DNA of 64,000 bases, taken from assembly GCA_030704615.1 (NCBI GenBank), contig CM060733.1, forward strand, positions 56,854,001-56,918,000, read 5' to 3'. The DNA comes from Takakia lepidozioides (lineage: Eukaryota > Plantae > Bryophyta). A program made the position numbers and the translations under genes. This document shows positions 1-11,874 of this stretch, piece after piece. The notes beneath the pieces are model-generated. The model made no database searches. It had not been told where the DNA came from and worked only from the letters and a program-made list of their open reading frames with translations. The first letter of the stretch is position 1. The number at the start of each line of letters is the position of its first letter.

Positions 1-1500
1 CATACAGAACCGAAAATGCGGCGCCGCATTTCCGTTTTGTATTTGAGGCATGGAGCTGAGGGACTGACTGTTGAACCGCATTTCCGTCAGTTGATTTGAG
101 ACCTTCATACTCTCCAGACGGGAAATGACGGCTACCGCATTTCCATTCTGACTGAATCGTGAACCATCGGAACTGAAATGCGGTGCCGCATTTCGTCGAG
201 TCGCACCTTCCGACATTCCAGAACGGAAATGCGGCGCCGCATTTCCGTTTTGTATTTGAGGCATGGACTGAGGGACGGAAATGCGGCACCGCATTTCCGT
301 CCGTTTAGACCTTCATACTCTCTAGAACGGAAAATGCGGAAATGCGGTACCGCATTCCGTTCTGACTGAAAATCGCGAACCATTGGAACTGAAATGCGGC
401 ACCGCATTTCCGTCTGAGTCGCACCTTCTCCAGAACGGAAATGCGTCGCAGCATTTCCGTTTTGTATCTGAGGCATGGAGCCGAGGGACGAAAATGTTGC
501 ACCGCTCTTCAGAACGGAAATGCAGTTACCGCATATCGTTCTGACTGAAATGTCAAGTGAAACCATCGGAACTGAAATGCGGCCCGCATTCCGTCTGAGT
601 CGCACCTTCCGACATTCCAGAACGGAAATGCGGCGCCGCATTCCGTTTGTATCTGAGGCATGGAGCCGCAGGGACGGAATGCTGCACCGCATTTCCGATC
701 CGGTTGAGACCTTCGTACTCTCCGAACGGAAATGCGGTACCGCATTTCCGTTCTGACTGAAAATCGTGAACCATCGGAACTGAAATGCGGCACCGCATTT
801 TCGTCCGAGTCTCACCTTCCGACATTCCAGAACGGAAATGCGGCGCCGCATTTCCGTTTTGTATCTGAGGCATGGAGCCGAGGGACGGAAATGCTGCACC
901 GCATTTCCGACCGGTTGAGACCTTCGTACTCTCAGAACGGAAATGCGGTACCGCATTTCGTTCTGACTGAAATCGTGAACCATCGAACTGAAATGAGGCA
1001 CCGTATTTCCGTCCGAGTCGCACTTTTCGACATTCAGGAACGGAAATGCGCGCCGCATTTCCGTTTGTATCTGAGGCATGGAGCTGTGGGACGGGAAATG
1101 CCGGCATCGTATTCCGTCCAGGTGAGACCTTCATACTCTCACGAACGGAAATGTGGCATGACATTTTCGTTAAAACAACTAAGGTATGTGAAGGTGGAAC
1201 GGAAATGCGGTACCGCATTTCCGTTCTGATTGAAAATCAGGAACCACGGGAACTGAAATGCGGCGCCGCATTTGTATCTCAGGCATGGAGCTGTGCGACG
1301 GAAATGCGGTGCCGCATTTCCATCTGTGTGGGACCTTCATACTCTGCAGACCGGAAATGCGGCACCGCATTTCCGTTCAACAACTAAGGTTTGTGAAGGT
1401 GGAACGGAAATGCGGTGCCGCATTTTCGTGCAACAAGTACGGTATGTGTAGCTTCGGGATGGTACTTAACGGAAATGCGGCGCCGCATTTGCATTTTCAC
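1..1500. repeat. Array of 22-bp palindromes GGAAATGCGG-NN-CCGCATTTCC with ~30-bp spacers, in a ~210-bp four-palindrome higher-order unit
   Basis: Roughly 25-30 copies. The spacer motif (G)AGGCATGGA recurs near 46, 257, 470, 655, 867, 1073 and 1281, a period of ~210 bp or ~52 bp per palindrome. Confidence 0.95.
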
Positions 1501-1927
1501 TCTAACTCATCAGACGCTGGGACAGAAATGCCATGATATGTGAACACGTGGAGCAACGGAATTGCGGCACATGTCTGCACTCTATCTGACTGAAGTGGCA
1601 GGAGGCGGCGTGGCCTGACCGTTGGATAATGATGTTTGTTTTTTGGACGGCAGGCGTACCCTTGACGATTCGATTTCTGTAATGACGCAAAGTCCCCGAG
1701 GAGACACTTTCGTCCAAGCCTTTCGAACCCAAGTGGTGCATCACCGCCGTTTCATCTTCTTTTGTCGTGTCTACTAAGTCACCCCTCTCGCGCCCTTTCC
1801 ATCTGCACTCTTTGCCCCTTTTCCCTGTCTCTGTTCTTCTTATGCTCGAACCTGAGAGGGAGGGAGTGCGTGCAACAGAGAAGAGACGTCGTCGCAAGCT
1901 CCGAAAATTGTACTTCGGACGTAGGCC

Positions 1928-4900
1928 AATGCCAAAGGGGAGGAAGCAGATGCATCTACAGGAGGAGATTGCAATCGCACAGCATCAGGCCACGCAGGCA
2001 ACCCAGCCACCACTGAGAGCTCCGTGCTATCGGGATTTGCGAGCTGATCGAGCACCAAAACCCCCCTCATTTTTCTTCTGCAATCTTAGACTGTATGCTA
2101 GGAGACTGAATGCAGAAGATGTTTGCATGCCTAACGGAAAAGTTGGACGTGCTGGAGGGATTGCAGGAAGACCGCATGAAAGAGTCCGTGGAGCTAGCTG
2201 CAGCACGCACACCCGCCGATCCACGAGCACGGGTCTTCTTCGGGCCTAGCCCTGTGCGTTTCAAGGACGCGGCTTCACGGGCAAGTCTTTGCAGTTCAAA
2301 GCCCCCAGAGAGCGACTCGGTTGGAAAGGTCATGGAGAATCGCCAGCAGGGGTCGAGCCCTTCTCCAGCAAAGACGAAGAAGAAGCAGCCCGTCCTTCAA
2401 TTTGTTCTGAACCGGGACCAGGCCGTTTCCCCCCCACCCAGGCGAATGAAGCAGATTCAATTGCAGCAGACACCTTCACCTGCAAGAATGAGGAAGCACA
2501 AAGCAATCAGGGGGAGGGCGGAGCAGTCTCCCGCAAAACCGATTCCACGAGCTGAAGCCCAGTTCCTGCTTGATTTCCAACCTGGTGATGTTGGGGGCGT
2601 CTCTGCTGCAGCGAAGGCAATGGGATCGACCGATTTTCGTCGATCTGGAGGAGGGTGCTGCCGCTCAACGTTCGCAGCAAGACCTGACCACCGTTGAGGA
2701 AGATCTTCAGAATACTGCAGGCCCGGAGGAGGCCTCTGCAATTGCAGAATTGCCCGCAAAGATTCCCCAGAGTGCAGCTCCAGTTGGGGATGCTCCAGCT
2801 GCTCAGCCCCTACCGCCACCTGCAGAAATGTCTCCGGAGGAATTCCAAAGTGCAGCGGATACAATGTTGGAGGAGACACACAGTAGCATTGGCAGAGTTC
2901 TGGGCAGCAGGGGACTCTTCGAATCCCACTCTGTCGCATGGTCTCCCTTCCCATCGTCAGGCAGGCACTTCCCGGAGATGTGGATAAGCTCAAGTTTCGC
3001 ATTTCGAGAAGGGTACCGTCTAGGTTCGCCAGCCTTCTACGTTTCCATTGAGAATGAGGACGGCGAATCTCGTGGACCCACTGCGGATGAATTGTCAACA
3101 TGGGATACCCACTGGCACACTCGCAACGACGAATTCGAGGCAACGCTGAAGGGTGATCCAGACTTCGGCCATATGTCGGGTAAAATGTTCTTTGTGTGGG
3201 ACGGGAATCACCGACTTCTTGCCTGGTGGGAGTACATCAAGCAGAACCATGCCAAGCACATTGGCTGGCATTACATGGTGGAGTGTGTCATCCTCAAGGT
3301 GAAGGCGGCAGACTCCTCCCTGCTCAAGAATGCCATGGCGGACCTCAACTCGTAAGATACTCATACCCTCCCAAGCACGTTCGAAATGCGGTGCCGCATT
3401 TCGGTTTCCAATCTGTTTTGTTTCCGTGCTTCCGTGGACTGAACTGGAGAGTGTGCCTTGCAGGGTCACTGAAAATGCGTACGTGCATACCCACATGGCA
3501 CATATGCTGTACAGGGTGAGGAAAACTGGTCTCACTGATCCGCACATGTTGCGGAAATGCTGGAGCCCGAGCTCATTCAGAAAGCCGTGGCAAAAACTGA
3601 CCGGACATGGTATCGTCTCACTATGGATGGAATGGTGGAGGTGATATACGAAGTAAGTCGTCCTCCCATTTCCCTCTGCTCATCCTTCCCCAATTTTCAG
3701 TAATCTTTCCACATGAATCGAATGTAACGCTTCTGCATGTTTGTTGGCAGCAGTCAAACATCAAGCTGGATTTGGCCCATGCCAAACGCTTCTTCATGGA
3801 AAGTGAGGGGCAGGTCAAAACGTTGCAGTCATTGACTGAGCACTTGAAGGAAGCCGGGGTCAAGTCCAGAACGAAATACAAGTCAAAGCTTGTGAAGCTG
3901 GTGGCCATTGCAGATCCGGCACTTGGAAAGGACTTCATCCCCGAGATTGCAAAACACTATTCTCGGGCCATGCAGCCGACCATGCAGTTGGAGAAACTGC
4001 ATCACCTCTCAACGGCATGTGTTGAGGCGAAAGAGAAGGTGAGGTTTCAATGCACTGAAGTTCCTTCCTAGCAATAGCCACTCTTCTTCCTGCTCCTGAC
4101 ATTGGATCGGAAATGGCAGACACGGTGGCTGTCGATCTGGAATGCATCGGAGAGTATAAGGACAATGTGGTCTTTTCCACTCGAAGTTTCCGACCCTGCA
4201 GTGGATGTGTGGCTCAACCGCATGACTTGGTGGTTCCAGGTAATTCAAGGTACTTCCCCAGATTTGCTTTTCTGAAATGAATTCCCTGAACTGCTACGTG
4301 ACAATGCATGTGGGAATCGCAGGTAATGACGAATGCGAAGGAGCAAGTCGTAATGCATACAAATTCGTTCGGCTTGTACGTCAAATGGGATGGAACACAG
4401 ACATTGGAAGACTACGTGACACGTTTCAGATGTGCGTACAAGGACAACCTCTTCGCCAGGGAGCTGCAGACAGCAAGAAGGAGCGTGGAGTTTACACATC
4501 AGGAGGGAGCGGGAAAAGCTGCAATGCGAATTGTTTACAGGTGAAGCCCAGCTGTCCTTGTATGCGAAGCCTGGTTATGAGGTTTGTCTGGGAAATGCGG
4601 CACCGCATTCGCATTTTTATGTTTTGGTTGCACTCTGCGAGTACGTTGGTCTCAACTTTTGCTCACGCATGCTGACTGCCCTGCAGGTATATGAAATACG
4701 TGCTTCTTCAGACAGGGGCCCTGGCTCAAGAGCCCCCGTTCTTCATGGCTTGGACCGTGGCGGGCCAAGCTGTGTCTACACACCCGAGATGCAGAAACAA
4801 TGGCATGCCGCGCATCTCGTTGGATGCCGTGGTACCTGGACATGTCTGGCGGAATTGTTGACGAGTCTGAGAAAGATCTGCACGCGAAAGCAGAAGAGAA

Positions 4901-7032
4901 GAGAAAGGAAAGACGTGTCCCTGCTCGGCCAGAGTCGGCAAAGGAAGCTGCTGCTCTGGAACAATCCAGAAAGGCAGCTGAGATGGCACAGAAGACGGTG
5001 GATGCAGCTGTGCAGGCTCAACAGAAGGGGTCGAAGAAGAAGCGGACTCGCCAGCAAGGAGCAGCAGTTGTGACACCAAGAAAAACGAAGAAGCAGAAAC
5101 AGATAGTGCAGGAAGAGGGTGACGAAGAGGACTCCGATGGAGACTTTGCAACCAGCCCACCCCCCGAAACGCAGCCGAAATCCCCTGTGCCCACCGTTGT
5201 CACGAGAGGGACGAGAACAGGCTCGGCAAAGAAGGCACTCTTCAACCCCCGGGGGGCACCCTTTCGAGCCGGTGGAAATGAAGAGGCCGAAAGTGGATCC
5301 CGATACAGTAGTCCAGTGTGTGTAAATGAGAGTTTCTTGGCGGCTTTGGATGGACGGGCAGCCAAGTTGGCATACATGAAGACCATGGAGGGTCTGAAGG
5401 GCAGAGCACTGAAGAAGGCGGCTGCCGAAGAGCCTTCCGACACCCCTGGGTTTCTGAAGATGGTCTCGTTCTTTGAGAGGGTGTGTGCAGACAAGGATTG
5501 CAGGAGGGGCGGAAATGCCACCGAGTGGTCTTGCGATATGATCATCTTGGATATTCCGGACGGAGAGCCTGTGGAAGGACTGCAAGCTTTGCCATCTTGG
5601 AACAGGTACTCCGAGGACTTTTGGAAGAAAGGATTCGGGCTCGCCCGCATGGTGTTGGACGACAGAGGCTGTGTGGTTGTCCTGGCGAGCAGAGGCAAAA
5701 ACACGCAGACAGGAATTGCGAAGTGGACCCGCAAGAGCGCCGTCCCAATTCTGAAGAAGAAGTGGACGTGCATCAACACATTGGGCCTTCGGTCGGAAGG
5801 GAAGAAGGTAATTACGACATTGGCACTCGTCCTTTCATTTTCTTAGGAGTTTTGAAATGCGGTGCCGCATTCGATTTGTAATCGTTCCCCACTGTGTATG
5901 CAGACGAAGCAGTTCGATGCATACTGCTTTGTGAAGGAGAACTCCACCTTTGCTTTCCGGAAGGAGGGATTGTTGGTTGACCCGAACTGCGACCCCATCG
6001 ATTACGACGTCCTGTTCAACAACGTTCCCACGGAACTTCTCCCTCATAGCCTCACTTCAACTGAACCCCTGCGGTATTCACGACTCGGAGCCCTGCCTTC
6101 ATTCAGACAATTATGGAGACATGCACTGACGTGGAGGGCACAGTGCTCGACCTCATCTGTGGGACAGGTATGCAGAATCTTGTTCTATGTTGTTCTGCAA
6201 ATTCTCGTTATGCTTTAATCGCAACATCTGAAGGGCCATGTCATAATGTGTGGATGGCATTGTAACAGGTGCCTCAATGTGGGCGGTTTTCCGACCGGCA
6301 CCTCTTTGCCTACGAGGAGGACACATCCGTCTGGGGATCCCATCTGGAAAGGCTGCAACGGAATGTGAAGGCTCCCATCGAAGCCAAAGACTCCTCGGAT
6401 TCGTCGGAGTCGGAGGAAGAGACAGTGGACATTGATGCCGAGGAGAACCCGGAATACGAGTGAGTGCAAACATTGTAAGTTTGCAAAGCCTTCTGGGTGA
6501 TTTTTTGTCAAACGCATTTCCGGACTGTGGTTCTCATTGGTCTCGTTGGTGATTGTTATGTGCAGGATTCCAGGATCCGGGTCGAAACATGTAGGGCCTA
6601 CACTTCTTGCTAGGAAGAATGTCTCGTTCTTTGCGAGGGCCGACTTCATGACGAGCCTGGTGAAGGACTACTCCTTTCCTAGTTATGCAGCTAAACTCGC
6701 AAATACAGCGATTAGACGATGTGAGAATCCCAGTAAAGTAGAGCAGATTTTGGAGAGGGCTAGGGAGGACAGAAGGATAAGGAAAGAGTTGGCAACAGCT
6801 GAGACAGTAGACGGGTGCGAAAGTTCATATGTGATTCAGCGGATGAGAGCGATGCAGACAGGAGGACGACGACCCAACGGAGGTGAGATGGTCGGTTCCG
6901 CAAGGGGAAGATGGGATTTTCGAAAGCCTGGCCACCGAGCAGTCCGCTGGAGATGAGGAAGGCAATGACGGGGTGGAGGCGGAGCAGGACAGTCAAGGAC
7001 AGGACGACAATAGTGATGATTTTCAAGATTAA
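1928..7032 (+). pseudogene. Multi-exon gene A: ParB/Srx-like domain + beta-class DNA methyltransferase-like domain + acidic tail (several frameshifts as assembled)
   Basis: Motifs in order: IPLCRMVSLPIVRQALPGDVDKLK (shifted frame, ~2923); FFVWDGNHRLLAW (DGNHR 3200-3214); DMIILDIPDG..W..ARMVLDDRGCVVV (from 5535); RSPAFIQTIMETCTDVEGTVLDLICGTG (to 6167); RHLFAYEEDTSVWGSHLERL (~6296-6356). GT-AG introns inferred at ~3352-3463, 3653-3749, 4240-4322, 4581-4686, 5808-5903, 6168-6268 and 6459-6564. Start codon uncertain. Confidence 0.75.
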
Positions 7033-7167
7033 TAGAATTTTAATGAACTCTCTGTACATTTAAATTCTCTTCCAGAGTATATAAAGGAAATTCTCCCCGT
7101 CCTTCATGTCTCCTCTCCCATGTGCTTCTCAACGACAACATCGTCCAAACCACGTCCCTCCCAAAAT

Positions 7168-8210
7168 CGGAAATGCGGCACCGCATTTCCATGTCGGAAC
7201 GGAAATGTGGCAACTGCAAAAACCTCCTTTGGAAATGCGGCACCGCATTTCCAAAACCCGGGCAAGAACAATTTTCCGTTTCATGGTTTGGACATCAGAA
7301 ACTATTCGGCCGAACGGGAATGCGGTGCCGCATTTCCGTTTTCGACACGGCAGTTTTGCCGATTGCCAGCTCCTTCCATGGAGGTAAATGGATATGCCAC
7401 CCTGCATGCGGAGGTCGAACATGGAAATGCGGTCCCGCATTTACATTTTGGAGATGGATGTTTTTGCAACTGCAGACCCATCGACGGAAATGCGGCTCCC
7501 CATTCCATGATGCTAGACGGGAATGCGGCACCGCATTCCATTGTCCAATAAGAAATTTCGATGACGTACATGGAAATGCGGCGCCGCATTTCCAAAACAG
7601 ACATCGTTGTTTGTCCAATTCCAAACCCTTTGACGGAAATGCGGCACCGCATTACATTGTCCAATAAGAACTTTCGATTGCCAAACATGGAAATGCGGCG
7701 CCGCATTTCCAAAACAGACATCGTTGTTTGTCCAATTCCAGTCCCGTGTGGGCATTCCGTCTTGTTGGACCGAAATGCGGCACCGCATTCCATTGTCCAA
7801 TACGAAATTTTGATGACGGACATGAAAATGCGGTGCTGCATTTTCAGAACGGACATCGTTGTTTGTCCAATTCCAGACCCTTCGAGGGAAGTGCGGCACC
7901 GCATTCCATTGTGCTCTCCAGAAATGCGGTGCCGCATTTCATTGTCCGGTACGAAATTTTGATGACGGACATGGAAATGCGGTGCCGCATTTCAAGTATG
8001 GACATGGACAAGCATTAGCGATTGGACATGCTTGGACAATTCAAGGTCCAATATGGAAATGCGGTGCTGCATTTCCAATTCGAAGGATAGTAATGCCATG
8101 TCAAGAAATGAAATGTTGTACAACATTTCCGTTACGACCACAACGGAGGAAAGGGAGCTGCCAGAAATCGCTGCATGGAGAAAAATGAAATGCGGTGCCG
8201 AATTTCCGAG
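7168..8210. repeat. Second array of family-A palindromes downstream of gene A
   Basis: About 18 copies of GGAAATGCGG-NN-CCGCATTTCC or variants, e.g. 7169, 7231, 7317, 7573, 7636, 7689, 7973. Spacers are partly repeated (AAAACAGACATCGTTGTTTGTCCAATTCCA). Confidence 0.93.
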
Positions 8211-8483
8211 CTTCGGCATGTACATGTTTCCTTTTACTCATACATGGATTTCCTTCACCTCAGGACTCTGATATTGCTGATTCTAGTATATTCATATGGA
8301 CAGACACATTGTAGAAATGAGACCACAAATTGTAAACAGTGGGCCAATTACGGCAGTTCTTGAACACAATGAAACACAAGCACACAAAAGTGAGGTACGA
8401 TGGGTTGTTTTATTGATCGAACACGATGTCTCACATTTAGCAACTCCAGACAAATCTAAGCCCTTCCTCCTTCTACATGGGCG

Positions 8484-9092
8484 TCACCAAGTCGACGGAA
8501 CTTCGATAGCCCTCAAAACAAGCTCATTACTGATGCGGCACCTCGAGGTAAACTGCAATGCGGTCGATCTGGTGCCCTTGGTGGAGCTGACGATAATGTC
8601 ATGCCCATCAATCATACCACCATCATACATTGACAAGGTCACTGTGGGCCTCATGTGCCCGTGCGATTCGTCTTCGCAACTCAGCCGAATGTCTCCATAC
8701 ACTGGAAGAGCGGAATGAACTCCACGAATATAGTTTTCCCCAGTGCCGTCCTCCCTGGTCCACTGGCAGCAGTTCCAGCGCCAAAGTGAGGCCGTGCGTG
8801 ATCTGTCCGGCATCCCATTCCACCTTGGTATATCGAGGTCAACAATTTTCAGGACCCACGGACCGCATTGACCCTCGCCCTCACCTCGCTCAAAGCGGTA
8901 ATTGCCCTCCAAATACTCCATTGCGCTCAAAAACTCTCGCTTGATTCCAAAAGCGTCTGTGAAAACAGAGAGCCAGACAATGATGTCTCCTAATTGTGGT
9001 TTGAACATAGCATAATCGTGGCCATGATAAGGGCAGTCAGCAGGATTTCGACGGCACGGCATCGTTGAAAAAGAGTAGCGGAGTACGCTCAA
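8484..9092 (-). CDS. Uncharacterised intronless protein, paralog of 9472-10182
   Basis: Shares MPC.RN..DCPY.G.DYAM, EY..G.Y.FERG, PW.L.I.D.D.P, RWNCCQWT, GV.S..P.YGDI and DGGMI.GHDI with the divergent ORF. Confidence 0.7.
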   Translation of the reverse strand: MSVLRYSFSTMPCRRNPADCPYHGHDYAMFKPQLGDIIVWLSVFTDAFGIKREFLSAMEYLEGNYRFERGEGEGQCGPWVLKIVDLDIPRWNGMPDRSRTASLWRWNCCQWTREDGTGENYIRGVHSALPVYGDIRLSCEDESHGHMRPTVTLSMYDGGMIDGHDIIVSSTKGTRSTALQFTSRCRISNELVLRAIEVPSTW

Positions 9093-9320
9093 TGACAGTA
9101 GCTCCCTGATGGAGGAGGCAGCAGCACGGTGGCTGGAAGAAGTTCAAGCAAACGCTGCAATTCCTCACAAACACTCCATGGCACATTTAAATTTCCCCCC
9201 TACAGGAACCTGCACGGATGAAGATTGGTTGCTCCATGAATGTAGCCGTTTCAGTTTCCTTCCCTACCATGCAAACTATGGGTAGTCAGTGCCAGGTGGG
9301 CCTATAGCCACTCGAGACGA

Positions 9321-9383
9321 CGAAGTCCATCCCCCCTTCGATGTAAATGCGGCGCCAAATTTCCATCCGGGGGATGGACTTCG
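9321..9383. promoter_or_regulatory. Inverted repeat enclosing a degenerate family-A palindrome, between the divergent paralogs
   Basis: 15-bp perfect arms CGAAGTCCATCCCCC (9321) and GGGGGATGGACTTCG (to 9383), with core GATGTAAATGCGGCGCCAAATTTCCATC. Regulatory role is inferred from position only. Confidence 0.55.
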
Positions 9384-9471
9384 GTGACAGATTTCAAACT
9401 ATACCCCGTGGATGAGAAAGAGGTATCGGTTCATCCACCGCTGGCGTGATGAACACGTTACACGATGATCG

Positions 9472-10182
9472 GTGGGTACGTGGGACCCAGATGCTCCATT
9501 ATTGGAGCCCGCACTGCTCTTCCGCTTCTCATCATTTCGAAAATCTAAGGGCTTCGTTGCTGTCCGCAAGGTCATTGTCATCGGCATCAAAGACGTCCTC
9601 AGGTCCTCCTTTGCAAGGATGCCGTGCTTCCGGAACCGGGACGACTGCCCTTATGGAGGCTTCGATTATGCAATGTATTCGGCCACATCGGGAGACATCG
9701 TTATCTGGTACACAGTTTACACAGAAGATACTGGTTCGAATGTGGAAACATTGTCCGCTTTTGAGTATATCCCAGGCCACTACGCCTTCGAGCGGGGTGA
9801 CGATCTTGGTCTGAGGAGTCCGTGGCTCCTGCGCATCCTTGATTCCGATTTTCCCAGCTACGACGGACACCCATGCAGAAGAATGCGCACTGCTATGCTG
9901 TTGCGGTGGAACTGCTGCCAGTGGACGTGGGTGGACTCCATCGGAGAGACGTATACTCCTGAAGGAGTGCGCTCCTCTTCTCCATTGTATGGGGACATTT
10001 GCATTGGTGTGGACGACAAAAACGTGAAGCTTTCCATATTCGATGGTGGTATGATTGAAGGGCACGACATTGTGGTGAACATCAACAGGGGCGGTACAAC
10101 GACTGAAATCCAATTTACCTGGAGGAGCCCGATGACTCATGAGCTACTTCTCAGAGCAGTCAAAGTCCCATTGACAACGTGA
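9472..10182 (+). CDS. Uncharacterised intronless protein, paralog of 8484-9092
   Basis: Open 236-aa frame, collinear with the opposite-strand paralog through to the C-terminus (ELLLRAVKVPLTT vs ELVLRAIEVPSTW). Confidence 0.72.
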   Translation: MGTWDPDAPLLEPALLFRFSSFRKSKGFVAVRKVIVIGIKDVLRSSFARMPCFRNRDDCPYGGFDYAMYSATSGDIVIWYTVYTEDTGSNVETLSAFEYIPGHYAFERGDDLGLRSPWLLRILDSDFPSYDGHPCRRMRTAMLLRWNCCQWTWVDSIGETYTPEGVRSSSPLYGDICIGVDDKNVKLSIFDGGMIEGHDIVVNINRGGTTTEIQFTWRSPMTHELLLRAVKVPLTT

Positions 10183-10589
10183 CTTGTATTCAGAAGGCAC
10201 AGGGCTAAAGATTTGTTTGCACAATCAGCACAGTAGACGTGCTTCAAATGCAATTCATGTGGATCAATACAAACCCCAAAGTGCCGTCTTTTTGTTCTAT
10301 TATGTATCCATCATTCCCAGAATGCATCATTCCTCATTTCGTTTGGGATTGGGAGTGTGGGTGGATTTTGCAAGTGGCTGGTAGGCTGAAATGGGCCCCC
10401 ATTGTACAGAGCTGTACCACCCTACCATTCGTGAAACATTGCCTTTCAATATGTAATTCTAAAAAACATTGCCGAACTTCCTTCATCGGGAGCTCTTTCT
10501 CCCCCTATGACCGTGACACCCTAAACCCTATTCCCACGGACACCCATTTCCACAAAATATTCTTGCTCATGTTTTTTACGACACTTACG

Positions 10590-10630
10590 ACTCTGCTCAT
10601 GGCTCATGGCTCATGAAATAGCAGCCCCCC
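10590..10630 (-). repeat. Terminal inverted repeat-like end of family A with CATGAGC heptamers
   Basis: ACTCTGCTCATGGCTCATGGCTCATGAAATAGCAGCCCCCC; reverse complement aligns to 22663-22717. Confidence 0.75.
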
Positions 10631-11874
10631 TCAGCACCATCTGCGAGGGTCTCTCAGGCTGAAAGTCGGGGTCATCCTCACCAATAGCCTCTATGGTTGC
10701 TGAAAAAACCGGGAGCGCCTCTCCAAAAGCGTTGCGACGTATTGCTGCAATCCACGGAGGGACAGAAGGCGTGGGCATACTGAGCGATGAAGCAAAGGAG
10801 CAGGTGCGGGAGCAAAGAGGCGGTTTGGCGGAAGACGAGAAAGTGGTGGCTTGATGGAAGTTGCTTTGCGGCGACGCTTCTGGAAGACGTTTCGAAGATG
10901 CGCCACTAACATTGCAGGCCCCAACGGGTGCCTAATCGACACGTACACTACTTGAAAGGTCGTAGTCATCACCTGAAAACGCACAATTTCCGGCAAGTCT
11001 GCACAGACTTCCCGGCACTTCAATCCCCAACGCGTGACCACACGACACGTGCAGTGCCGCAAAACGTCACACGTAGCGCCTGAATGTGGAATTTTGCGGC
11101 AAGTCTGTGCAGACTTGCCGGTGATGTCTGCCTGATAATGATGTTTCCGGGAAGTCTGCCCAGACTTCCCGGATTACATCAGCCTAAAAACGGGTAATTG
11201 CCGGGAAGTCTGTGACGACTTCCCGGCTGGTCTATCCCCAAATCTAAGGGTAGCCTGGACGCCTGACATTGCATGCGAGGACTGCACATCGGTTTTCCGG
11301 GAAGTCGGCACAGACTTTCCAGTGACATTGCTATTAGTCCGCCCAAAGTTGGACTTTCGCGGCCGCCGGGGGTGCATTTCCGGTAAGTCGGCACCGACTT
11401 GGACGTTATTTTGATGCCTGCCCCTAAAAACTGAGTCCCGGCAGGCTATTTTGGCATATTTCGACAGTTTCTCGTCAGAAAGTGCCGAAAGTCGTCACAA
11501 ACTTGCCATTTTCGTGCGTCCACGTTACACGAAAACTACATTCCGGCAGACCATTTCCGGAAGTCAGCTAGGACGGCTGTTTTCGAAGTCGAGGAGGTGG
11601 GAGAGGATGGCGCTGTGGAAACTCGGATTGTCAGTCCTAAACGAAATGATTTTGCGCGGGCCTATGTCATTCCACACGAAACAGGTTGACAATACATTGT
11701 ATATGGCCAGCAAGCATCATCGTCGAGTGTGTCGGCATCCCTTACTCCACCGACTGCCGCATCCATATTTGGCCCACGTCTTGCGAAAACGAAGAGTATT
11801 CAAATATTGAGTGAGGATGATGAGGACTGCATGGTGGTTGGCAGCAGACGAGCATACTCCGCACCTCCGCGCAT
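10631..11874 (+). mobile_element. Internal fragment of a second family-B copy (5' end of the ParB-MTase gene, intergenic palindromes, 5' part of the transposase)
   Basis: Near-identical to 29518-31283, with an internal deletion of ~550 bp at ~11565. Contains B palindromes such as CCGGGAAGTCTG-CC-CAGACTTCCCGG at 11147. Confidence 0.92.

Larger units (their letters stand above)
1..10630. mobile_element. Mutator-like DNA transposon family A, right portion (left end and transposase outside the window)
   Basis: Ends at 10590-10630 in a terminus whose reverse complement (GGGGGGCTGCTATTTCATGAGCCATGAGCCATGAGCAGAG) matches the left terminus of family B at 22663. Same internal layout as B: palindrome array, ParB-MTase gene pointing toward the terminus, palindrome array. 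Sequence switches abruptly at 10631 into a family-B copy. Confidence 0.7.

Noticed and set aside
1-1500. CRISPR array (palindromic ~22-bp repeats with ~30-bp spacers; also 7168-8210)
   Set aside because: Spacers recur with a four-unit period rather than being unique, repeats also occur singly in introns, there are no cas genes, and the context is eukaryotic.
132-1536. Long ORFs on both strands in the arrays (EMRRRIS, GNAAPHF and KCGAAF peptides; also 7040-8270)
   Set aside because: They are translations of the stop-free palindrome and have no other coding evidence.
3200-3214. Bacterial parABS locus or contamination
   Set aside because: The gene has spliceosomal introns, there is no ParA, it is nested with plant retroelements, and the motif is DGNHR rather than the GERR of canonical ParB.
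5535-5565. Calling gene A an active 4mC/6mA methyltransferase or a DN4MT1 ortholog
   Set aside because: Motif IV is DIPD rather than (D/S/N)PP(Y/F/W), the copy is frameshifted, and orthology cannot be judged by eye.
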